Below, one piece after another: positions 49,426 to 60,726 of a stretch of 64,000 nt of DNA (within the stretch, counting starts at the first letter, position 1; each line of letters opens with the position of its first letter). The DNA is from Octopus sinensis (lineage: Eukaryota), in the NCBI RefSeq assembly GCF_006345805.1, contig NC_042998.1, positions 11,594,001 through 11,658,000 of the forward strand, written 5' to 3'. Below the pieces are notes generated by a model. That model made no database searches, was not told the origin of the DNA, and worked only from the letters and a program-made list of their open reading frames with translations. The position numbers and the translations under genes are program-made.

Positions 49426-49723
49426 TATTTATATATATTAATGTGTGTGTATGCATGTATATATGCGAGATAATAGATTCACTTAATAGGGAAACTAATA
49501 AACTGAAGGTATCTCACATCACAATAGAGATGTTATGGTTTCTCTTTTGACACTTAATACTGGAATAGTGTAAGAGATGAGAAATTGCTCCGGGCTCATA
49601 TTAGGCAAGAAGTTGAATGTTTTTTTTTATCCATGACACTGCATGGACCCTAAGTAAGGCATGTGTAAAATTTGAATGAAACCAGTTTGGTAGTTCTCAA
49701 GTTTTTTTGTAGGCTCTTACAGC

Positions 49724-51076
49724 CTCATCCAGCCGTCACAATTCAGATTTATTCCTAACTCCAGCTGCTGTAATCAACTCATCGAGTTTCTTGAGGACGT
49801 TACCCAAATCACTGATCGCGGATCCTGGGTGGATGTTGTTTACCTGGACTTTGCTAAGGCTTTTAACTCTGTGCCACACAAAAGACTTATGGTGAAGCTT
49901 TCTGCGTTGGGTGTAAGAGACGAACTCTATAACTGGTTGAAGTCCTTTATTTTCAGCCGAAAAGAGGTTGTCACAGTTCTAGGACAGCACTCTTCGCCCT
50001 ATGAGATGACATCTGGTGTACCACAGGGATCTGTTCTTGGCCCCCTTTTATTTGTTGCATATGTTAATGACATAGATGCCAACTTAAAGAATGCCACAGT
50101 GCTGAAATATGCAGATGACATCAAGCTGTACCTCGAAATAAAGAGGTCAAATCCTGTACACTATAGATCTCTATTGCAAGCAGACCTGGACACAATGCAG
50201 CAGTGGATCATGGACTGGCAACTCAAGCTGGCTGTGGACAAATGTACCACCATGCATTTTGGGAGGAGAAACCCAGTGTCCACCTACTCCCTCCACAACA
50301 CTAGTCTCAAAAAGTCTTCATGTGAACGTGACCTGGGTGTTATTGTCGACAGTGATTTGCGTTGGACAAAACACATCGCTAAAATTGTCAAGAAGGCTGA
50401 GGGTGTCTTAGCATCACTCACCAAATCCTTTGTGAGCTGCTCTCCGGCTATCTATCTGCGGTTTTATATAGCTATGGTAAGACCTCACCTGGAATTTGCA
50501 TCACCGGTCTGGAACCCCTATCTTGGCCAGGATATCAATCGTCTGGAAGCTGTTCAGCGACGTGCAACCAAAAGAATACCCTCCATCAGGCATTTGCCAT
50601 ATCCTGAACGCCTTACTTCCCTGGGCATGGACACATTGAAACTCTGACGTCTGGCAGCTGACTTGGCAGACACCCATAAAATTATCAACCATCGTACAAA
50701 CAATAACTCTGAGCACCTTTTCAAACTCCACTCATCTAACACCCATGGACATATTTACAAAGTAAGAAAACAGCACAGCTCCCATGACTTCAGGAAACAT
50801 TTTTTCACGCTGAGAGTTGCTGAAGCATGGAACAAACTGCTGGCATCAGTTGTTAGTTGTCGGAGCACTGCATCCTTCAAAACTTCCATGCTTCCTGAGA
50901 TTCCCCAACACTACACCTGATTTTCTCCCCTCCATACACACACAAGCAGGTATCTGACTCATACATTGTTCGCTTTCCAGACATTTCTACATTACTGCAT
51001 GTACTTTATATGCACTTTCTGACAAGTTGTGGTGCACCTGAGCACTGTATACAATAATTTCATTATTATTATTATT
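49724..51076 (+). mobile_element. 5'-truncated CR1-type LINE; reverse transcriptase ORF with one premature stop (50645..50647)
   Basis: YLDFAKAFNSVPH, GVPQGSVLGPLLF, YADD, ERDLGVIVD, VRPHLEFASPVWNP; same frame resumes to 50920; (ATT)n tail at about 51061..51076. Confidence 0.93.
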
Positions 51077-51338
51077 ACAAACCTACCTCATCAGTTAATT
51101 AATCAAATAATAATAATAATATATAACAATATTTATATATGTACATATATAGTAGTAATAGGGATTTAAAAACATCACACAGCCAATTGCATGGCTAACA
51201 AGAATAATTGATAGGGGTTAGGGTAAACCTTAGCATAACACAGGAAAATGTATATAAATGAAACAAAAAAAAAATAATGAACCATGGCTGCATGTAATAA
51301 AGTAAATGTAATTAACATTCTCATTAAATAATACCCAG

Positions 51339-51444
51339 GGGGCGTGGACCTTTGAAAAGCACAATGGATGTTATTAGTGCTGCCAAGAAAATTTCCGAAG
51401 CTGGAACACAAATGGATAAAATGGCAAAAACTATTGCAGATCAG
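51339..51444 (+). CDS. CTNNA: alpha-catenin exon (106 nt, phase 2-0): RGRGPLKSTMDVISAAKKISEAGTQMDKMAKTIADQ
   Basis: atacccag acceptor, gtattg donor; conserved GPLK..DVISAAKKI.EAG. Confidence 0.97.
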
Positions 51445-52843
51445 GTATTGTATTATGAAATAAATTTTTTGTATCTTTTTTTTTTTTTTGCTTCTTTATA
51501 ATGTAATTCTTGTGTGAATTTTGTTACTATTATAGGTTGAATGTTGTCACCGTTAAACCTCTTCATATTGTGGTGTTGGATGTGGCATGTTGTTTTGTAC
51601 TGAATGTTGTTTAGTCCCTGCTCCAATCTGAGAGGCCTCTAATTAAATGCACTCTGATTGTGACAATCCTCTTTTTTTTTTCTTGTGTGTATTGAACCTG
51701 ACACTGCCAATATTCAATACTCATGTTCCTATAGTGATAGGATGTAATTTGAAGGAATTTGGCTATTATTGCTTGCAAATTGAATAATTGTTAGAGCTTC
51801 CCTTGCTTTTGTAATCTGTTTTCATGAGCTGATGTTGTTGTCTAACCCTTATTAAGCAGACATATGATCAGACCTGTTTGCCATGACCATCCTGTCTTTT
51901 TCATGTGTGTGTGTGTGTGTGTGTGTGTGTAACCTAAGACAGCATCTTCTAATATGCTTTTTTCTAAGGTGATTAATGATTTCAGGACATTTAGCCTGAT
52001 ATTTCTAGCAAGCCAAGTGACTATATGAAGCCTGCCTTGTTGACTTGTGTTGTGGTAAGCATTGTGTTCTGTGGGGTTGTGTGCGTTGTTGTCTAGCTCT
52101 TGTCATGCAGACTTCTGTGTCAAAGGCAATCTAGTCATAACAGTCCCATCTTATTTTCAATATTTCTTTCCCTTTTTAACCCTTTAGCATTGAGATTACT
52201 CTGTCAAATTTAATGCTCATTTATTCATTGTTTTAAATTAATCAGGTGTTATCTCGTAGCTTTGAGATTTCAATGATTACCATTTATTCAGTCATTAGGC
52301 CACGGCCTTACTGAGGCATTGCCTTGAAGAATTTAGGTTGAACCAGTTGACCTTAGTATTTATTTTTTTAAGCCTGGTACTTATTCTGTCTCTTTTGCAG
52401 AACTGTTAAGTTACAGAGATGTAAACACACCATTATCAGTTGTCAAGTAGTTTTTGGGGACACACACACACAAAGCTTCTTTCAATTTCCATCTATTCCT
52501 CTTACAGGGCTTTGGTGGCTGAGGCTATTGCAGAAGACGCTTGCTCAAGGTTGAATAGAAGCTTGTTGCATATGTGTGTTTGTGTGTTACTATCTCCTTG
52601 CCATAACATTGTGACAGTTGTACATAAATGTCACCTTCGTGCAAGGACGTCTGGCTGTAGAAAAATTTGCCACAGCAAATTCTGTCGTGGACATTAAAAC
52701 ACTGACACCCTCCATGTTATAAGATCTTCATTATTTGATATAAATAGGCTTCATTTTTCTGAAAAAATTAGATATTGGAAACTCTTTGAAAATTCTTCCA
52801 TTTTCAGTAATTATTTTAAAAAACATAAATATGAATTGGGAAA

Positions 52844-52972
52844 ATAACTTACAGCTGTTTCAGCCCATAGATAAAAATACCTCATTCTACCTTTATTACT
52901 CAAGTGGATTGAAGTAATAGGCAGATGAAAATGAGGTACTTGTATATATCTCTAGGCTTCATCAGAGATTAT
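52844..52972 (-). ncRNA. Type-I hammerhead ribozyme motif with 97-nt stem II, GUA site
   Basis: Minus strand reads AUAAUCU CUGAUGA [AGCCUAGAGAUA...UAUCUAUGGGCU] GAAAC AGCU GUA AGUUAU; stem III ACAGCUGU is a perfect palindrome. Confidence 0.85.
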
Positions 52973-53056
52973 AAAGTACATAATGTTAAATTATAAATAA
53001 ATATAAAATAAATAAAATATACACACATTTGAATATTTATATATATATATAAAAAA

Positions 53057-53106
<50 letters not shown>

Positions 53107-54094
53107 GGCGGTGCATCAGCATGGCCGCAGCTCTGAGCTAAAACTAGAAAAAAAAGAAAAAATATAGATATAAATATACATACATATATAGATATACATA
53201 AATACTTATATATATACAGAAATATATATATAATTTGAAAATTCCACTAGAATGGACGAAAGCGCTAATATATGATATATGATGTATAAAAACATGTAAT
53301 ATACAAATAAATATCTGTAAATATAAAACCATCCGGATTTTTGAGTACCTCATTTCTTCTAATACAGAAATATACATACATATCTACATCTATAAGCATA
53401 TACAATATTCAGTTATTACTAATATTATTAATATTAGATGCATTCTGTTATTCACAATAGATATAATATGTATATTCAATTTTCCTGAATGTTTACAAAT
53501 TTATTCGATTCTGTCTTCTGCATAATGGAATTAATATGATTATGCAAAAAAAGGAATTTAAAAAAAAATCTACCCCACCACAACTTTTTTAAATTTGCGT
53601 TTTTAAAATATGGACAGTCTGAATCTACCATTTCTCTTTATAATTTCCAAATATAGTCCCCTTTTCTGTTGAATAAAATAAACTCGCAGAGGGGAAGTTT
53701 CGTCTTCCTTCAATTTCATTACACCAATTATGTGACTGTTTCTGACAAGAAATTTCACCTTCATATAAAGCTATATTTTGTAGTCATCATCCGTAATCTA
53801 CTCCCCAAACCCTTCAGTAGCTCTACTTTACATCGCTTGCAAACTTATATGTTCTATGATAACCAAAGTGCAACAACCTCCACAATAACCACCCATCAGT
53901 TTGATTTTTCCATTCCTAGGTTAACCAGAAACATAGATTGCTGTACTACACATAAACCTTCTCGGTAGTTTAATTATTTGGTGAAAAAATACCACCAAAG
54001 CAACTTAAACCGTCCAAAGGACAGGTGCATTCACTAGTATGTATGTGTGTGTGTGTATAAAGTGAGAAATGTGTGTATTTGCATACATGTAATG

Positions 54095-54308
54095 CGTGTA
54101 TATGCATACATGTGAGTAATGTGTGTATATGCATACATGTGAGTAATGCATGTATATGCATACATGTGAGTAATGCATGCATGTGTGTATATGCATACAT
54201 GTGAGTGTGTATATGCATACATGTGAGTGTGTGTATATGCATGCATGTGTGTGTGAGTAATTGTGTGTATTTATATATGCATACATGTGTGTGTGTGTGT
54301 GAGTAATG
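54095..54308. repeat. Imperfect about 27-bp minisatellite (GTGTATATGCATACATGTGAGTAAT core)
   Basis: Core recurs about 6-7 times with variable TG runs. Confidence 0.85.
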
Positions 54309-54426
54309 TTTGTGTATATATATGATATAATCATTTTGCTTTTTGTAGTTCTATATGCATTTGAAATATAGAGTTTATTCTCTAGTCTACAGTTGTTTTG
54401 CTTTCTAATTTCTCCACATTTTTTAG

Positions 54427-54561
54427 TGTCCAGACTCTGTGTCCAAGAAAGATCTTCTGGCATATCTCCAGCAAATTGCATTATATTGCCATCAATTAAA
54501 TATAACCAGTAAAGTGAAAGCTGATGTACAAAGTGCTAGTGGGGAATTGATTGTGTCTGGG
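54427..54561 (+). CDS. CTNNA: alpha-catenin exon (135 nt, phase 0-0): CPDSVSKKDLLAYLQQIALYCHQLNITSKVKADVQSASGELIVSG
   Basis: atttttag acceptor, gtaagt donor; conserved DLLAYLQ.IALYCHQLNI.SKVKA. Confidence 0.97.
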
Positions 54562-54691
54562 GTAAGTTAATTTATTGTATCTTATTTAATTTCTATTTTT
54601 CTTAATACAAATAAGTAGATGGAATGTGACTGAAATGATTAAGAAGATAATTTTGCAACCATGAGTACCTGAGTTCAATATCACTGCATAA

Positions 54692-55092
54692 CATCGTTTA
54701 ACGTCCGCTTTCCATGCTAGCATGGGTTGGACGGTTCAACTGGGGTCTGGGAAGCCCGAGGGCTGCACCAGGCCAGTCAGATCTGACAGTGTTTCTACAG
54801 CTGGATGCCCTTCCTAATGCCAACCACCCCGTGAGTGTAGTGAGTGCTTTTTATGTGCCACTGACACAGGTGCCAGACGAGGCTGGCAACGGCCACGCTT
54901 GGATGGTGTTTTTACGTGCCACCAGCACGGAGGCCAGGCGAGGCTGGCACAGCCACGATCGGAGGGTGTTTGTTACGTGCCACCAGCACGGAGGCCAGTC
55001 GATGCGGTACTGGCTACGGCCACGTTCGGATGGTTTTCATATGTGCCACCGGCACTGGTACCACAAAACTACAAATTCCATTGATATCTTCG
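54692..55092 (-). mobile_element. RTE-type 3' tail fragment
   Basis: Reverse complement of the 5385..5911 family. Confidence 0.8.
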
Positions 55093-55293
55093 GTAAATGT
55101 CATTTTTGGTAATATCAGTGCTTGGGTTGATGAAATTGCATAGAAGTTTCAGTGGATTGTGTCTGTGATTCAAAAGCTACTGCCATGTCACTTTGTCATG
55201 CTAATTCTACCCAAGAATTATGTTGAGTGTGTGTATATCTGGAATGCTCAGTCCCTTAAACATTAATTCAGTTGACTGAATGATGGAGATCCA

Positions 55294-55603
55294 CCATCAT
55301 CATCATCATCGTTTAGCATCCGCTTTCCATGCTAGCATGGGTTGGACGGTTCAACTGGGGTCTGGGAAGCCAGAAGGCTGCACCAGGCCAGTTTGATCTG
55401 GCAATGTTTCTACGGCTGGATGCCCTTCCTAACGCCAACCACTCCATGAGTGTAGCGGGTGCTTTTTACGTGCCACACGAGTCTGGCAAACAGCCACAAT
55501 TGGATGGTGCTTTTTATGTGCCACCGGCACGGGAGCCAGGCGAGGCTGGCAACGGCCACGAACGGATGGTGCTTTTTACATGCCACCGGCACGAGGCCAG
55601 TCG
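55294..55603 (-). mobile_element. RTE-type 3' tail fragment
   Basis: (CAT)n then reverse complement of the RTE tail motifs. Confidence 0.8.
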
Positions 55604-57069
55604 ATAGATAATATCCCAGTGCTGTGATGTTAAAGTACTGAATTTCACTGACTGATCCAAATTAAGGTTTCAAGCTACTTTGCTACTGAGTACAACCCTT
55701 GTAATATGTATACCTTTCAGTATAGCAGGAAGAATTTTTAAAAGAAAAAGGTGAGTGGATATGGTATTGAACTCCCAGATCGTAGAATTTTAATTCAAAT
55801 CTCTTTTCTTTTTTTTTGTGAATTTAGGCAGTGTGTTAAATTCTACTGCATTAGTTAATGATGTTAAGTAGCTACTACTTCCAAATGGTAATATTACCTG
55901 AGATAGACTAAGGTCCTATTAATGGGTAGATTTATGTCTAATCTGCTTAATTCCATAAAAGCAGTTCATTTCATCCCCTGGGGATTAGCAGATAATATTT
56001 ACATCTTACAAATCTAGCATTAGAGGTGTCTTTCCACACTTCAGTTTGTGTACAGCTTATATAGAAGTTAGGTTGTAACATTTTATAACACCCTCATGTA
56101 ACAAACCATCAAAAGAAGTCTCTATGGTAGTTTGACCAGCTAGAAATAACAGCCAAATCACCTTATGACACATTTTTAAAGAAAAAGTGTATTTGATTAT
56201 ATAGTCCTGCATTCCCTAATAGACAGAGTAGTCATTGCCTGAAACTTCATCTGCTGGATGTCAGGTTTGACTTGGGCTAAACAACCTTTAGTTGATGAGC
56301 TACTGTGGTAGCCATTATGTGGTTTCTCAGCCGTTTAGAAATAACTAAATACCTTAAAAGTACACCTTACTATCTTAAAGGTAAAGGACACAATGGTTAA
56401 TGAAGTCCTAGATATTCAAAAACAGAATGGTTAAAGATGGACTGTTTATGATAATAGATCTACTCTATCAATGTTGAATTTTACTAAACTATAACAATAA
56501 TCATCTGTTGGTGAGAATGTACTGAAGTGAAACAAAAATTCTTGGTATATTTTTCAAATATTTGGACACCAGCAGCAATAGTATATTTTGCTACCACCTG
56601 TCCTGTAGTTCAATAGTTTAGAATATGTAAGGTAAAAGTCCAGTTGACTATGTGATTACCTGAATTGTTAGTATTAGTGGTAGAACATCTTTCAAATAAC
56701 ATTCTATCTTTAGAAATCAAAATAGACACATTGAGTATATTCAAGCTACATTTTATATATGTGAATAAAAATTGGGGTGGTTGATCTGTTCAATTGGGAT
56801 TATTCTGGGGTTGGACACCAGCAGCAATAGTATAATTTGCTACCACCTGTCCTGTAGTTCACACATCTTATTAGAAATCAGTCTTCTTGAATTAATATAG
56901 ATTAATAACTGCAAATAAATTTCAACTTGTAAATGAGGGTTAAAACAGGTTATGGATATTTCTGTTACTACTCTTTAGACTTACTAAACATAGGATGCCA
57001 ATCTAGAGTACTAGAATATTTTTTATCCATCTAACCTAAGAATATATTGAAAAGACTTTCATTATATTA

Positions 57070-57411
57070 CAGAGATGTACTTGCATAGCAAGTGATTTGA
57101 TCTGAGATCGTGTGCTGGAACGAAAACAATTGCAGCGTGGAAGGTGTTTATAAGCCATTTAAGAAACACACAAAACCGTTAGATTCACTTCAACATTTAA
57201 ATTTAATTTGTCAAAATATTTTCATCGCTTTGAGACCACGAACTGTTCACTGACAAAACTTTGTGCTGTATGTGCAGCAGTTTTGTCAATGAACAGGTCG
57301 CGGTCTCAAAGCGACGAAAATATTTTGACAAATTAAATTTAAATGTTGAAGTGAATCTAACGGTTTTGTGTGTTTCTTAAATGGCTTATAAACACCTTCC
57401 ATGCTGCAATT
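57070..57411. mobile_element. Palindromic MITE-like element with 133-bp inverted arms (57128..57260 / 57279..57411)
   Basis: Arms are reverse complements with about 5 mismatches; 18-nt loop. Confidence 0.8.
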
Positions 57412-57534
57412 ACTCTCATTATAGTTGGTATTAAAAGTATTTTCATTGGTTAATGTACAGAATGGAAAAAAACCCAATATTATTGCACTTGTGTCTGTAT
57501 TGAAATGCATTCTATTTTTGTTATTTTTCATTAG

Positions 57535-57627
57535 CTTGACAGTGCCACATCCCTTATTCAAGCTGCCAAAAACTTAATGAATTCAGTAGTTTTGACAGTG
57601 AAAGCTTGTTATGTTGCTTCAACTAAG
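57535..57627 (+). CDS. CTNNA: alpha-catenin exon (93 nt, phase 0-0): LDSATSLIQAAKNLMNSVVLTVKACYVASTK
   Basis: tttttcattag acceptor, gtcagt donor; conserved LDSATSLIQAAKNLMN..VASTK. Confidence 0.97.
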
Positions 57628-59129
57628 GTCAGTATAGTCTCTTTCTTCATTGTGCTTGTTATAACACCCATAAACCAATTTCTCTTTAAGTTTTAAGATT
57701 AAAGCACATTCATTTTGAATGTGCACAAACATTTTGAAAGCTTCGTCTCTACTAATGCAAAGATTGTGGAATTTACCAAATTACCAAATCAAATGGGTAT
57801 TCCACAATACTAATTGTAGGCAGAGTTGGTATATTTTTATGTCAACATTGGGCATAGCTATGTGGTTTTGGGTTCAGACCCATTGTGTGGCACCTTGGAC
57901 AAAAGTCTCCTAGTATAGCTTTGGTCCGACCAGTTCCTTGTTAGTAAATTTGGTAGACGGAAACTGTGTGGAAGCTAGTCATGTGTGTGTGTTTGTCTCT
58001 CAACACTGCTTGATAAAATAAGCATTGGGCTGATTTGTTTGACTAAATCCTTCAAGGTGGTGTCTCCCAGCATGCCTGCAGTCCAATGACTTCAAATAAA
58101 AGATCACAATTGGGTTTCCAGGTTTAATCCCTCTATGTGGTATTTTTAATAAGTGTTTTCTCGTATAGCCTTCAGCTGAGCCAAACTTTGCGAGTGACAT
58201 CTGTTTGATGGAAACTGAACATTTTGTTGTCTGACTTTAACACCTGGTTCTTGGGTGCCTTTAGTGAAGTTCAGAGAATTGCAAGAACTATGGCCGAGCC
58301 TCCAATCTAAGGATAAATTTCTTTCAGTTTGCTATCAAACTCAGAGGCCCTGCAAAAAAACAAAACAAAACCCGGAAGCACTGTTGCTCCACCCTTGACT
58401 AAGATCTGAAAAAGAATTGAAAAAAAAAAATATTGTATTGATAGACTTCATAATCTCTTCAGTTGTGCTAACAATATCTATCGGAGAAATATTTACCAGT
58501 TTCTGTTATTAGAAATGTGTATTTTGCAGAAGCAAGTACAGTTTAGTTCAATTAACAGTAACAGCGCTGTATAACCCGATACAAAGCTCTGTGTTTATAA
58601 GTTGGACTCATTTTTTGAGTATAACATAGAGAGATGTGCCAACAAGCATATTGGTCATACACGCTAGATGAAAATGACTTTCATTGGTGCTGCAAAGGAC
58701 CAAGTGAGTCCTGTTAAATCCTAAAACATTGTTAAATTCAGATCAGATATTGTCAGTTTTCTTTTTAAAATGCCTGTAGTAGCTATGTAGTTAAACAAAT
58801 GTGAACCAAAAACAGGGCTCTACATGGTCATTAGACCTGATAGAAAAATCAGAAATAGCAGTCAAATCTTCAAATCCCAACCAATGAATTAAAGACCCCC
58901 CCCCACCTCTATCCACCAAATTTCTAATATAACCTTAGACAACTCTAAATAGATTGGATGGCCATAGTTGGAATATCGTTGATCACAGGTTTAACTTGTT
59001 TGGTCTCAGGTTAAACAGTAATAAATTCAAATGTTACCAGAGTCATTACATATTTCTTTAGCAATCAGCTATAATTAAAATGTCACAAATGAAAGAAATA
59101 AGACTATCAGCAGTTGAATAATTAGCAAT

Positions 59130-59790
59130 ATCATCATTGTCGTTTGATGTCCACTTTCCATGCTGGCATGGGTTGGACGGTTTGACTGAGGACTGGCAAG
59201 TCAGAAGGCTGTACCAGACTCCAATCTGATCTGCCCTTCCTAATGCCAACCACTCTGAGAGTGTAGTGGGTGCTTTTAGTGCCACCGGCATCAGGGCCAG
59301 TCAGGCAGCACTGGCAATGTCCATGCTCAGTAGGTGTTTTCCATGTGCCACCTGCATGGGACCCAGTCTGGCGACACTGGCAACGACCATGCTTGAATGT
59401 TTTTCACGTGCCACTGGCACATATGGCAGTAAGGCGACGTTGGCAACGATCACGCTTGAATGGTGCTTTTTACGTGCCACCAGCACAGGAGCCAGTCAGC
59501 AGCTCTGGCAACAATCATGCTTGGATGGTACTTTTAATGTCCCACTGGCACTAGTGCCAATCAGGCAGTACTGTCATCGGCCACATCAACAATTTTGATT
59601 TCACTTGCTTCAACAGGTCTTCGCAAGCAAAGTTTATTGTCCAATGAATGAAGGGTACTCATAAGTGGGTTGGTTATACACCACTGGCATAGGCCACAGG
59701 TTATGGTCTCACTTGGCTTGTCGTGTCTTCTCAAGCACAGCATATCTCCAAAGGTCTTACTCACTAGTCATTGCCTTGGTGAGGCTCAAT
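59130..59790 (-). mobile_element. Decayed RTE LINE 3' fragment
   Basis: Colinear with 44925..45600 (same 3' UTR subrepeats and ORF end). Confidence 0.8.
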
Positions 59791-60042
59791 ATGTGTATAT
59801 CAGCTTGCAATAAGTATTTGTTATCCATAAAACACAAATGTTCAAATTGCTAAAATCATCCCACTAATTTTAAAAGTATATTAAATTTGTAAAACAATAT
59901 ATATATATATATATATATAAGTAGGTGAATGAATTATCCTAGTATGGATAATTCGGTTAACCGATACCCGGGTAGGAAATTATCACTGTGGACTCCATGT
60001 GGGCATTCATCTAAAAGTTTTTGTTCGTCATGATGCTGACAT

Positions 60043-60147
60043 AGGTTCCTTGTCTTTCCTGATGAGAAGGCGGCATAATGTACCCTTTATTCCTTCGGAA
60101 TTAAGAATATGCAGTCTTCGAAACATATGTCGAGAATAAAGGAATTT
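60043..60147 (+). ncRNA. Type-I hammerhead ribozyme motif, GUC cleavage site after 60131, sense to the alpha-catenin pre-mRNA
   Basis: Stem I UUUC/GAGA plus 3x3 loop plus AGGUUCCUU/AAGGAAUUU; CUGAUGA 60059..60065; stem II GAAGGC-G-GCAUA/UAUGC-A-GUCUUC; GAAAC 60120..60124; palindromic stem III ACAUAUGU; GUC 60129..60131. Confidence 0.88.
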
Positions 60148-60183
60148 TGTTAAAATCATCGTTCGACTCCATCCTTTCATTTA

Positions 60184-60274
<91 letters not shown>

Positions 60275-60705
60275 TTTAGAATATGAGATTGTGTAGCATA
60301 CAAAACATGCTTAATGAAGTAAATAATGAAAGAAGGCCAATGTTAAAAGTAAATTGGAATGGGTGCTACATATAACTGTGTCATACTTCTTTTAGCGGTG
60401 CAGCTTAAATATTGTGAAGCTGTCTGATGTTTACGTGTGTGTGTGTGTGTGTTGATACAAACACACACATATACAGAATTTCATTGTACTTTTTTTCTCC
60501 CTCTCCATCTGTCAGCTTTCTCTATCTCCCTCTCTACTTCTCTCGTCTTTTTCTCTCTTTCTTGCCATTTCTCTTATCTGTCTTGCTTTCTCTCTCTCTT
60601 CCCCCCCCCCCACAAAAGCACCTCCATTCTGTCATGATTCATATAAATCTATCTGCTTCATTCACTTAAATGACTTGTCTAATTTGTTTTTAATTTCTTT
60701 CACAG

Positions 60706-60726
60706 TACAAAAGTAGCTCCGTTTAT
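60706..60726 (+). CDS. CTNNA: alpha-catenin microexon (21 nt, phase 0-0): YKSSSVY
   Basis: taatttctttcacag acceptor and perfect gtaagt donor; supplies the Tyr that follows VASTK in other alpha-catenins. Confidence 0.85.
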
